IMG/VR virus record: IMGVR_UViG_3300001528_000358
DNA length: 64,000 nucleotides
Reading direction: 5' to 3' (one strand)
Origin: an uncultured virus (IMG/VR IMGVR_UViG_3300001528_000358)
Lineage: Duplodnaviria; Heunggongvirae; Uroviricota; Caudoviricetes
The notes under the pieces are model-generated. The model saw only the letters and a list, made by a program, of their open reading frames with translations, searched no databases and had not been told where the DNA came from. The position numbers and the translations under genes were made by a program. Every line of letters begins with the position of its first letter. Positions within the stretch are counted from its first letter, which is position 1. Positions 42,661-52,776 of the stretch are shown here, one piece after another.

Positions 42661-43008
42661 CTATTGAACTGGTTTCCCAGTTCTAATATTTTTTTCCGGT
42701 ATATCAACAGAAATGATATCTGTGATAAATTTTAAAGAATCCAGATCTTTTAAATTTATATCCACTTCTGGATAAGTAAATTTATCGACTTTCTCAACTT
42801 TCAATGAATCGATGACTGGTTCGTCATCGTCATCTTGTTCGCTTATTCCGATGTGTAATAGATACACATCAAAAGTATCTTTTTCTCTTAAGTATAAATT
42901 AAGATATATTAACTCTGTTTCGCCATCAGGTTCTGGACCCATGCCGTCGTCGATACTAAACTCAATATGAGTTTTGTCATAATCTACCATTAAAATTTCG
43001 TATTTCAT
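42661..43008 (-). CDS. small acidic accessory protein (G-tract cassette 2)
   Basis: AAGGAG RBS preceded by hairpin 43022-43044; terminator ~42612-42642. Confidence 0.72.
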   Translation of the reverse strand: MKYEILMVDYDKTHIEFSIDDGMGPEPDGETELIYLNLYLREKDTFDVYLLHIGISEQDDDDEPVIDSLKVEKVDKFTYPEVDINLKDLDSLKFITDIISVDIPEKNIRTGKPVQ

Positions 43009-43070
43009 AATAGCTCCTTTCTGGCTTTATCGTTTGTAAAGCCATAAAACATTTTTATTTTTTTTACAGT

Positions 43071-43111
43071 GAAATGGTATATAATTACACCCCCCCCCAT
43101 ATACGAAAAAA
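43071..43111 (-). promoter_or_regulatory. G-tract regulatory element, copy 2
   Basis: Minus strand reads TTTTTTCGTATAT-G9TG-TAATTATATACCATTTC. Confidence 0.7.
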
Positions 43112-43149
43112 TAAAAGAAGAAGTAATTTAATTACTTCTTCTTTTATAA

Positions 43150-43797
43150 TTACTCGTGTTCACATACACTAATATATGGTGTATGAAGAAAATCATTCTT
43201 CATATTTATATTGAAATAATCGTTACAAATATGAATATCTGTTAAATTGTCAAAATCTAATCTAACATATATATTCTTATTGCGTATGTCTGTTTCATTT
43301 CCATACTTGTTCCTATACAATATATATTCTTTTTCTTTAGGAACTATAGTATGCATCTGGTCATCAAATGCAGCACAATGACCTACTGTAAAAAGAATTA
43401 ATTTTTCTTTTCCATCTTGGTCTTCGAGTATCAATAATATCACATCTTGAAACTCTGCATTGAAATCATAATCAAATGCGTTGACCTTATATGCTTTTGC
43501 ATTATCCAATCGATAGTTAAATAATGACATCATTTCTTTATAAAATGCATCATCGTCAAGATCGGTTTTATCCTTTAATAAATACAGGTTATAATGCATT
43601 CGTTCCAAATGTGCATCAAAACCTGGTACGTCTTTCATCACATCAATCATTTCTCTAAAAGAACTGATCCATTTTGTTAGATTGTTTTTCCATACAGTTG
43701 AAGATGTGCACAATCTTCGGAAGTTCCTTTCAAACGTGTATTCATTTAATATGCCTTTGTATAATGCTATTTTTCTGTTTCTGTCTTGTTCTGTCAT
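43150..43797 (-). CDS. accessory hypothetical protein (215 aa)
   Basis: AAGGAG RBS; flanked by hairpins 43112-43147 and 43822-43855. Confidence 0.7.
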   Translation of the reverse strand: MTEQDRNRKIALYKGILNEYTFERNFRRLCTSSTVWKNNLTKWISSFREMIDVMKDVPGFDAHLERMHYNLYLLKDKTDLDDDAFYKEMMSLFNYRLDNAKAYKVNAFDYDFNAEFQDVILLILEDQDGKEKLILFTVGHCAAFDDQMHTIVPKEKEYILYRNKYGNETDIRNKNIYVRLDFDNLTDIHICNDYFNINMKNDFLHTPYISVCEHE

Positions 43798-43954
43798 AAG
43801 TGTCTCCTTTCATATGACGGGTAAAAAGACTCGTGAATAATTCACGAGTCTTTTTACAATAAAGAGAATTAATTTGACAAAGCTTTACTTTAAATCCTGT
43901 AGCTTTGCTGGATGATTTTTCATCCTAATTAATTGTAATTCTATTAATAAATTT

Positions 43955-44521
43955 CTATTTAATTTTAATTCTTTCCTGCAGATATGCTGGACAAGAAGAT
44001 TTAACAAACACTTCTTTGTGTTTTTTCTTCTTTGTCTTATATGTGCCCAGATAAGTTCTATCTTTAGGGCTAAATGCGTCTGCAGTTCTTTCTCTTTCTG
44101 GAACCTCTTTAATATAGATTCCGCCTTTAAATTCCTTACGTGGAATAAAGTCAAATCTGTTGCCGGCTTCCATGTATTCATATAACGCAGTTGCGAAAAA
44201 TTCATACAGGCCATCCATATTGTCAATCTTAAAATCTGGTGACATCACTCTCTCAGATTCAGCTTTGTCAACACCTGCTGCTTCAACTAACTTTTTACAC
44301 CATTTACGAAAACCTTTCGTAATCATGATATCTTCGATGGAATCGATTTCATCTTTCTTCACCTTAACGAACTCGGCTTTAAAATCCACATCATTGGCCA
44401 TAGCGACCATCAATGTGTTGAAATTCTTTTTGTTAAAGCGATTGATAACCATCTCGCCTTTGGCATTTTTCTTTCCTTTCATGCTTTCTAAAGCTTCCTC
44501 AACGGACATAATCTTACTCAT
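43955..44521 (-). CDS. putative HU/IHF-like DNA-binding protein with N-terminal extension
   Basis: C-terminal GNRFDF..FKGGIYIKEVPERERTA..SPK..KEVFVKS..YLQERI resembles the HU beta-arm; AAGGAGG RBS. Confidence 0.45.
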   Translation of the reverse strand: MSKIMSVEEALESMKGKKNAKGEMVINRFNKKNFNTLMVAMANDVDFKAEFVKVKKDEIDSIEDIMITKGFRKWCKKLVEAAGVDKAESERVMSPDFKIDNMDGLYEFFATALYEYMEAGNRFDFIPRKEFKGGIYIKEVPERERTADAFSPKDRTYLGTYKTKKKKHKEVFVKSSCPAYLQERIKIK

Positions 44522-44657
44522 CTTTTCTTCCTCCTTTATTAGTTGAGTTTTTTGTTAATTTGTGACGTTCTTTTACCTGTTTTAAAACGTCATCCAGAAA
44601 GAATGAATCTAAGTCATTTATCTTTATACGATAAATTTTACGACTTTTTTTTTTCAT
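44514..44657 (-). CDS. small basic protein (47 aa; absent from the ORF track)
   Basis: GAAAGGAAG RBS, MKKKSRKIYRIKINDLDSFF...; stop overlaps the next start; TATACTATTT upstream at 44736-44745. Confidence 0.5.
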   Translation of the reverse strand: MKKKSRKIYRIKINDLDSFFLDDVLKQVKERHKLTKNSTNKGGRKDE

Positions 44658-44950
44658 AATATTTCTTCCTTTCTTTTAACTAGATGTAATAGTTACAATA
44701 ATTTATTATGAATAAAATCCTAATAAATTACAGGTAAATAGTATATAATTTTATAGCACATATAACAAATGGATAAATATGGTTATAAAAAATAAATTTA
44801 AGTAACCCCTTGAATTTTTACAGACATAGGATAACCATATTTCTTTCCAATAAGAAAAGATGTGAAGATTATTTCTTCACATCTTTTCTACGTTCCGGTT
44901 ATTTTGTATTATATACTATTATTTAAACTAGTATAAAGGAGAGATATGGG

Positions 44951-45433
44951 ATGAATAAACAACAAAATAGGAATTATAAAACTATAGAAGAATATGTTAA
45001 TGATATTAATGAGTATTTCGTAGAATCTACAGATAATATCAAATATATAGATTTAGAAAATAACTTATGTGAAGAGTACTTAAAACAAAATAAAGATTAT
45101 AAAAAATACTATGCTAAAATACGAAATGAGTATAATGGAGAAATAGCAATAAATACTTCTTCAAATGAATTAGTAGGATATATTTTTATCAAAACTAATA
45201 AAAGAGAAAAAGGCTTTATATCTCCATTATGGGTTTCTAAAAAATATAGAAATAGAGGGGTAGGTAAAAAATTATTAAAAGACGCTATCGATAAATATAA
45301 TGCAATAGATTTAGTTGTTAAAAAGAATAATAAAATAGCTTTTAATCTATATAAAAAATATGGATTTGTAGTTATTGGTGATGGAAATAATAATAATGAA
45401 TATTGGATGAAATTAAAAAGATATGTAAAATAA
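44951..45433 (+). CDS. GNAT-family acetyltransferase
   Basis: LWVSKKYRNRGVGKKLL, NKIAFNLYKKYGF; AAGGAG RBS. Confidence 0.88.
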   Translation: MNKQQNRNYKTIEEYVNDINEYFVESTDNIKYIDLENNLCEEYLKQNKDYKKYYAKIRNEYNGEIAINTSSNELVGYIFIKTNKREKGFISPLWVSKKYRNRGVGKKLLKDAIDKYNAIDLVVKKNNKIAFNLYKKYGFVVIGDGNNNNEYWMKLKRYVK

Positions 45434-45471
45434 TAATAGTCATAATAGAGAAGTATTTTGATACTTCTCTA

Positions 45472-45513
45472 TTTTTTTCGTATATGGGGTGGGGGTAGTT
45501 GTATAATATTTTT
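45472..45513 (+). promoter_or_regulatory. G-tract regulatory element, copy 3
   Basis: TTTTTTTCGTATAT-G4TG5-TAGTTGTATAATATTTTT directly after terminator 45444-45478. Confidence 0.65.
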
Positions 45514-45587
45514 GAGAATCTTAAATAATAAAATGAATTAAATAAAAAATCCTAATCACGATATGTTGTGATAGGTAAGGAGGTATT

Positions 45588-45953
45588 ATGAAATACAAAA
45601 TTAAAGGTTTTAAATACCATGATTGTTACAAAATCATTGATAACGATATTGTAAATATCAAATCCACTATAAGTCTATATGGTTATCATTTTGACAACGA
45701 AATTAAAATAGAAATTATATTAGAATTTCCAAATTTAAATACGTCTAATGGTAAATTAGCACGCATAGCTGTCACTATGATTGAGAAAGGGGGAATATCA
45801 TATCTTATGAAAAAAGACAAAAAATATATGTCATTCAAAAAGGATGAACAATTTTTCATAGATATTAACTCATTGAATAAACTAGAAATAAGTAATTCAC
45901 ATTTAAAATTATCATTAAAGAACAAGGAGGTAGAACTAATGAAATGTAGATAA
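45588..45953 (+). CDS. small accessory protein (G-tract cassette 3)
   Basis: AAGGAGG RBS preceded by hairpin 45551-45575; ends at bidirectional hairpin 45953-45997. Confidence 0.72.
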   Translation: MKYKIKGFKYHDCYKIIDNDIVNIKSTISLYGYHFDNEIKIEIILEFPNLNTSNGKLARIAVTMIEKGGISYLMKKDKKYMSFKKDEQFFIDINSLNKLEISNSHLKLSLKNKEVELMKCR

Positions 45954-45995
45954 AATAAAAGCCATTAGTTATAATAACTAATGGCTTTTATTTTT

Positions 45996-46208
45996 TTATT
46001 TTTCATCGTAGATTTCTTTTAATTTCCGTTTAAGTTCAATGATATTTTTATTTCCTAACGTACTTAAAATTACACTTGGTGTCATACGTTTTAAAATACT
46101 ATTAGAAGCAATAATTGTTCCGACTTCTTCATCAGGTCGGAAATCAGAATAAGGTTCGTATCCTTTCGGAATAATTTCACCTATTGTATTTTTTAACGCA
46201 GTAAAATT
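45996..46208 (-). CDS. RNA polymerase beta-like subunit, exon 2 (70 aa; absent from the ORF track)
   Basis: Translates NFTALKNTIGEII...SILKRMTPS...IYDEK*, continuing the beta GDK..K and RM motifs in frame after splicing. Confidence 0.88.
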   Translation of the reverse strand, partial: NFTALKNTIGEIIPKGYEPYSDFRPDEEVGTIIASNSILKRMTPSVILSTLGNKNIIELKRKLKEIYDEK

Positions 46209-46601
46209 CTATTACATTTATATTCTCATATAAATACAGACTATATCTTCATTAATACCACCTATTACCAGTAATATTAAAGCCCTCTGTTTGGGTTTCC
46301 CTACGATACTCGCTTCGTGTAAGTATTTCAACCTACCTTATTTTCAATCCACCTAAGTAATTAAACTTATTTAGATATTTCTATCAATATGGATGTCTAG
46401 CTTTCTCTAGTCGTTGAACTACATATATGATTTTACTATAATTTATAGTAATTCATATACAAGCTGCGGATTGTCTCTATTTCTAACCTTGTTACTATAC
46501 CTTTGGAGTTACCCATTGCCACTATCGTAGATAGTTTAGTAGTTAGAACCTAACGAGTTTGTTCCCGCAGTTAAGAGGGTTTTAGATCACCAATTTTACT
46601 A
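46209..46601 (-). mobile_element. self-splicing group I intron (393 nt, no ORF)
   Basis: 5' exon ends in U, intron ends in G; P AACTGCGGGAA, Q AATCCGCAGC, R GTTCAACGACTA, S AAGATATAGTC; P1 GATCGCT/GGTGATC; P3 CCCTCT/AGAGGG; P10 AGTAAAATT/AATTTTACT. Confidence 0.92.
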
Positions 46602-49600
46602 AGCGATCTTGGAGCCTATCTCTAATGGTTCCGAGTGTTTAATATAAAATTCTATCAAGACACCTTCGTCAATTTTTTGTCCCTTTAATACACTGAACTT
46701 ATTTGGTTCAATTTTATGCGTTGGTTCATCAATTAGTAAACCACACTTTACAATAGAATTCTTTGATTCTGGGTCATACTTCTCTAAGAATTCTTTCTTA
46801 TGATTAATCTTATTATAATATTTTTTTACAATTTTTCGTAAGGATGGAGATAATTCATCAGTTGGTACTGTGGAATAGATTTTAATCTTTTCAATTACTC
46901 CAGAATATTTACTTGGTACGTCGTTTCTACTTCCACTCATTACTAACTTCTGGTCATCTTCTCCTAATGCTGCTAATAGGTTATTTAAACTATTATCATC
47001 ATAAGATGTATCGAACTGAATCAATGAGTCACCAACGCTAATTTCTTCTCCTTCTTGAATCATATATTCAACATTGGCATTCTTACCAATTGTCACCTGC
47101 TTTTGGAAACACATTTCTGTTGCTGCATCTTCGGAGAATTTCTCTGTAATCATTGTTGCATCCTGATAGGTATTGTAAGTACTCATTAATGCTACTTTAA
47201 CAAGAGGACCAACATTCATACGGCAATTGTTAAATCTGTCATTGGTAAAGAAATCTTTATGGTAAGCAAGGACATCATCTTTCTTAAATTTATCTCCTAC
47301 TTTTAAGGGACTGACTAATTTGTTATTTAAGAAGAATCCACCACCGCCATTCTTTACAATAGTACCAGAAAGATTGATCGCTCTACATTTTCCAGACTTA
47401 TATTTCGCAATCATGATTTGTGCATCTTCATCATAATCAATAATCTCACCAGCTTCTTCTGCATTGACTGCAAAGTCAGAAGATAATCCAAAACGACAAA
47501 CTTCTTCCATACCATTAGAAATCAGTACAGGGGAAGATTTCTTAACTGGAATACTATGTTTGGACTGCTTTAATGCGTGACCAAGACGGGTTGGGTCATC
47601 TCTATGGGCTGCCAATGGTATTAACAATTCACCCGGAGAGAATAAGTTTACATCTTTTAACTTATCTACATCATCTTCATGGGTCTTTACATAACCTCTT
47701 AATGAAGTGATATCGGGTTCTAATGTAAGCGTTCTATTTACACCACATCCTCCATCTGGAGAAGTGGATGGAGATACTGTTCCAGTCATACTTGGGTCAA
47801 AGCTACGTTTGTCCAAAGTGAAAGATTCATCCAAGTTAATACCACGGAATCCTTTGGATGAAATACCCCTTAACATCTCTAACTCTAAAACTGGATTTAA
47901 TGTAGAATAATCTTCTACCGTTTTAATTCCAATTAATTCTTTAATTACAGAATCCTGAGGAATCGAGAATTTTTTTCTACCAGCAGAGTTTCTGTAGTTG
48001 ACATAGTTCTTTGCTAATCGTTCATAAAGAATTGCTGGAATAATCTCATTAGAACGAATACGCGATAAGTTCTGATTAATCTCTGGAGTGAACTGCGAAT
48101 CTGCTAATAAAGATACCGCATAAATAATCAATGAAACAATATCCTGTGGTAGATCTAAATCCTTAATTACCTCTAAAGTAATAGGGTCTATTGAGAACTC
48201 ATAGGTATTCATTAATGCATTTGCGATTGCGGCTCTACCATATACTTTAATTAAGTATGGAAGATATGCTTCCTGTGTATTCATCTGAGCAATCGGAATA
48301 TCTTTTGTATTCATCAAACGGAAACCATTGATAAGTAAATCTGTTTTTGGATTAGATTCATATACGAGATAACAATCCGCAAAACGAATAATACTTTCAT
48401 TGATTTTCATTTCAGATGGATATTTATCTTCTAAACGATATTTCACATTCGCTTTCTTTAAAACAGTATCAAGACCTTCCCAGAATCCTGTTAAGATTCC
48501 CATTGCAACCGGTTTACCCATGACGGTTACTCTTGCATACATCAAACGAATTGGTGCTCTTGTTTTATCATATTCACTCTGTAATTCCTCAGACCATGAA
48601 TCATATAATACATCCATAATGGTTTTACCATCTTTTGTTTTTTGGGTATCTTCATGGATAAATACCTGTGATCCGGATTTATCATATCCTACAAAGATAT
48701 AGTCTTTTGGAATCTTTACCTGATTCTTTGCAGCAATTGCTTTTGCTTCATTCTGGTCAAAATACAATTTACATTTCTTATTTACATATTCAACTGCAAT
48801 GATAGATAACTCATCGTATTCAATAGTGGTAATATGTTTATTATTTGAATTTAAAGCACTACCAAATTTAAAATAAGATTTTAATGTATCATTGGTTTTT
48901 AATAACTTCTTTAAACGCTCAATAGAAGAGATGGATTTTGTTCCTACTCTGGTAATTGTCATCTTGTTATAATTGGTAACAATCTGTACCGTATCAGAAT
49001 TTAACTTTACTACTGGATATAAGAAATTCTGTTTCTTAATAACCTTTTTATTTCCACCGATATAAATAAATTTATCCTCAATAAATTTAGGAATATCTAC
49101 TTTAACCGTATGTCGTTTACGGTTCGCATCCTCTAAATAAATTGTGTATGTATCTTTGTAATTAAGCTCATCCGAACTATCTGTGACATCAATCTTTCTT
49201 ACATACATCGGAATGGATTTATTATTAAGAGAAAGAATTGCATCCGTAATATCTTTTTTCATCAATTTCTCATTGTAGGTTTTTTCAATATTATCAAAAC
49301 GCATTTTTGTCATATTCTGGTTTGGTGTACTAACAGTTTTAGATACATCATGAACCGGAACTTCAATCTTCTCTGCTTTGATTTTTTCTATCTCTTGGAT
49401 GGTCATATTACCAATCTTGATGTTTTTCTGTTCTTCTTTAAGCTTCTTATCTCTTTCGCTAGAGAAAGATTTCTTAGGTAATGTCTTTGCAATCGATTTA
49501 TCGTAAATTGCTGAGATTAATTCTTTATCTTCAGAAATATCATTCTCTGCTTTTGTTTGAATGGAAGATGTAACAGTTTCCTGTGGTACTTTAGATACAT

Positions 49601-50630
49601 CAGGTGCTACTTCTTCCAACTGTTTTCGAACAACTTGTACTTTGGAAGTAATCTCTTTTTCTACTTTATCTTCTGCATTTGCTTTTCGAATCGTTGGAAT
49701 TGATGTTAAATCTTCTTTTGGTGTATCTGCAATTGTTTCATGAATCTTTCCAATGGTTTCTTCTACAGCTTCGTCTTTCTTTGTTTTATCTTCATCCATC
49801 GCCTGTTGAAATACTTCTTTTGGAATGGATTTAAATAATTTCTGCATTTGTGTTTTTAACACTTTTACATCTTCATGTGTTAATTTAGATGGATTGATTT
49901 TTAAGATTTTCTTTCCACTATAAAAATAATAATCAATATCAATCTCTTTTAATTTCTCCATTTTCTTATATAAAGAATAATAGATGATATAAAGAGGATT
50001 AGATAAATTATCTTTCAAATCTTTCTTTAACACAAAATTGTCAATGTTTACAAGAACAAAACGATTTGGATATCCATTTAATGATTCTTGTGTGTAAATA
50101 TTTTTCATATATTCCCAATAGAAATTAATCTTTTTCTTTGGGGTAAGTTTATTGCAGATAGAAAAGAAGATGGAAAGATGTTTAGATAAATCATAAAACA
50201 TGCTACGATTCTCCGTCGGTTCCACCACCAACTTAATGTATGGACGTACCTTAATCATTTTATCTCTTTCCAATTTTTTATACAATGCTTTTCTATCTTC
50301 TACCTCTCGAATTTTATAAGTACGATTATAAAGTTTTCCTTTGTAAAGAGGTTGATAATAATAGAAATGATAATAATTTTTTGCAATAAAATTAATATTA
50401 TTTTTCATCTGTTCAAAGGACTCTTTAGTATCGTGTGTATATAAAAAACAAAGGTTATTTCTTCCCATCGGTTCTCCTTTTGGTAAGAAAACTTTTCGTG
50501 GGATGACTTTTAAATACGGTAAATCTTCAATAAAGGTAGCTTCTGTAAATAAAGATTCATTTTGAATTTCTTCTTGAGCTGACTCTATTACTGGTGTTTT
50601 ACCATTAATAATATCTTCAAAAATTCCCAT
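46602..50630 (-). CDS. multisubunit RNA polymerase beta-like subunit (phiKZ gp178-like, virion type), exon 1
   Basis: DIPKF..FIYIGG..Q, RSFDPSMTG..STSPDGG.CG, HRDDPTR..KQSKH, NTYQDA, IGSKIA; start MGIFED at 50630 after GAAAGGA; spliced product ~1413 aa. Confidence 0.88.
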
Positions 50631-50771
50631 ATATTTACATCCTTTCATTTTAATCTTAATCTTTTGTATTTTAAAAGTATTAATATATAATATTTGTATA
50701 TTATTTCTATGAATCAATAAAAATAATTTTTAAGTCATTACATAAAGGGTAATGCAGAAAGGACAACAGCT

Positions 50772-51728
50772 ATGAAAAAAGGTCAAATTAATGACGAGAT
50801 CAAAAACATTGAAAAAATGTTAGATATTAAAACTGAATATTATACATATGCATACATTAATTCACCACATACAACAGAAGCAGTTTTCGACTCATTTGTT
50901 GAAAGACTAAAAGAAAAATCTTATGAAGTTATTTCTATTTATTACAGAAATGACCTCATAATTCATGATTTACGTTTTAACAAATTCTATGTTATAGATT
51001 ATGATATGGAAACTATTAAAGATATTGCACATAATATTTTAGTAAATAATAATATCGTAATATTATCACATGGTAATATAATGCCACCAGATGATGTTAT
51101 AGATTCCTTTATTTACAATTTAAATTATGAAAATGGAGTTGTAAATACAAGTATGGTATATTACCATATTCACGATACTGATAAAAAAATATTATTTAAT
51201 CCAAATATACAAAATTCAAATTGTGAATTAAGCGAATATGAAAAACGAGAGATTAATGTTATGATGGAAAAACGAAGAAAAATAAGAGATAGGTTTTTCA
51301 AAAAGATAGAAGATTATACCGGAATCTATAGGGTTCAGTTATATGGAACAATATATAACAAAAATCATCTTAAAGATTTTATGGAATATTATTTTGGTGG
51401 CATTAATAATATTCCTAATAATATTAAACTAGATAAAAATGAGATTGCCCATTATCTCAATATACTATTTAAATGGAAGAATTATAAATATTATCCAATA
51501 GAGTTTCAAACTTATTTAGTTAATCTGTGTTCGGCGTTCTGTGAATCAATATTTATATTAGAAGGAATCAGTTTAGCTAATGAGGTATTATCTGCTGAAT
51601 GGGAAACAGATGTACCTAATTCTATAATGTATACTATTTTATGTAAACACTATAATGAAGTACAATTTAGTCAAAACTTCACAATTGATGATATGTATGA
51701 CATCGTTTTTAACGATACAAGAATCTAA
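50772..51728 (+). CDS. hypothetical protein (318 aa)
   Basis: GAAAGGA RBS; TATATTATTT at 50697-50706; perfect palindromic terminator 51727-51772. Confidence 0.7.
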   Translation: MKKGQINDEIKNIEKMLDIKTEYYTYAYINSPHTTEAVFDSFVERLKEKSYEVISIYYRNDLIIHDLRFNKFYVIDYDMETIKDIAHNILVNNNIVILSHGNIMPPDDVIDSFIYNLNYENGVVNTSMVYYHIHDTDKKILFNPNIQNSNCELSEYEKREINVMMEKRRKIRDRFFKKIEDYTGIYRVQLYGTIYNKNHLKDFMEYYFGGINNIPNNIKLDKNEIAHYLNILFKWKNYKYYPIEFQTYLVNLCSAFCESIFILEGISLANEVLSAEWETDVPNSIMYTILCKHYNEVQFSQNFTIDDMYDIVFNDTRI

Positions 51729-51770
51729 AAAGAAGCCATGTAAGAAATATTTCTTACATGGCTTCTTTTT

Positions 51771-52763
51771 TTATGCTCCATAGATTCTATAGATAATATT
51801 TAAATCTTTTGATAAAGATAAAAATTCTACTGGAATATTTAATTTGGAGAATAATCTTACATCTTCATAATCTCCATAATCTGTTGGATCATCATCATTT
51901 TTAACGAATCGACCATTGAATAATGCAATGGTATTGATTCTTGTACGGTCTTCCTGCTCTAAGTTTACAAACCATTCTTTGACATCTTTTTTTGATACCT
52001 TAAGAATGATTTCTGTAAAACTTTCTACAGTATTTGTTCCTACGGTATTATCCCAAACTTCACTTGAAGATACTAGTCTTTCATCGCCATCTTCATAATC
52101 TTCACCTGTTACCCACACATGTTTAATAACTGGATCCGATTCAAATCGTTTTAAGTAATATGCAGTATTGCCATCATCTTCTGCTTTTTTTCCAAAGTAT
52201 CTTTGTCTTTCTGTGGAACTTAACTGTTCAGCAGTATAACGGAATGGAACCATTGTTCCTTTTAAAGATAATCCATCTTTTGTTACACGGCTTAATGTGA
52301 TAGAGTTTTCTCTATAATCAACCGGGTAAACTGTAATATCATTTTCTGCAGTTCCTGTAATACCAATACCAAAAAGCTGTACTAAATGACCATGACGATA
52401 CACAATATTTTTTGTCTGCATTAATCCTTTTTCAGTATCAGGAATACGATATGTTTCTGCTGGTGGTAAAGAATTTGGTTTACCAATACCATCTTGGCTG
52501 TATAATGTAGGAACTTCAAACTGAGAACCTGCTACACCAAACAGCTTTTCAAATACATATTCTACACCACCGATTGGGACCATATTCTTACTTTTTGTAA
52601 ATGGACAACCCGGAGCAAAAGAACTTTTACCAGTTGGGTTATTGATTACTTCTCCATTACTACAAAGGATTTCTGTTTTTGCCCAAATACCGGAACTAGC
52701 ATGAATATCTAATTCCTCTTTCTTAAAACAAACTCTATCATTTAAAATTCTTGTATCAGACAT
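51771..52763 (-). CDS. putative baseplate/collar structural protein
   Basis: LFGIG..YYLKRF..INTIAL..LFSKLN..IIYRIY; coupled to the upstream 913-aa gene; RBS GAAAGGAG before 52763. Confidence 0.55.
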   Translation of the reverse strand: MSDTRILNDRVCFKKEELDIHASSGIWAKTEILCSNGEVINNPTGKSSFAPGCPFTKSKNMVPIGGVEYVFEKLFGVAGSQFEVPTLYSQDGIGKPNSLPPAETYRIPDTEKGLMQTKNIVYRHGHLVQLFGIGITGTAENDITVYPVDYRENSITLSRVTKDGLSLKGTMVPFRYTAEQLSSTERQRYFGKKAEDDGNTAYYLKRFESDPVIKHVWVTGEDYEDGDERLVSSSEVWDNTVGTNTVESFTEIILKVSKKDVKEWFVNLEQEDRTRINTIALFNGRFVKNDDDPTDYGDYEDVRLFSKLNIPVEFLSLSKDLNIIYRIYGA

Positions 52764-52776
52764 TTTTAACTCCTTT

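Noticed and set aside
43885..44226. Alternative-frame 113-aa ORF overlapping 43955-44521
   Set aside because: No RBS; lies mostly inside a better-supported gene.
46599..46601. Stop-codon recoding or pseudogene at the RNAP TAG
   Set aside because: Fully explained by the group I intron; other genes read normally in code 11.
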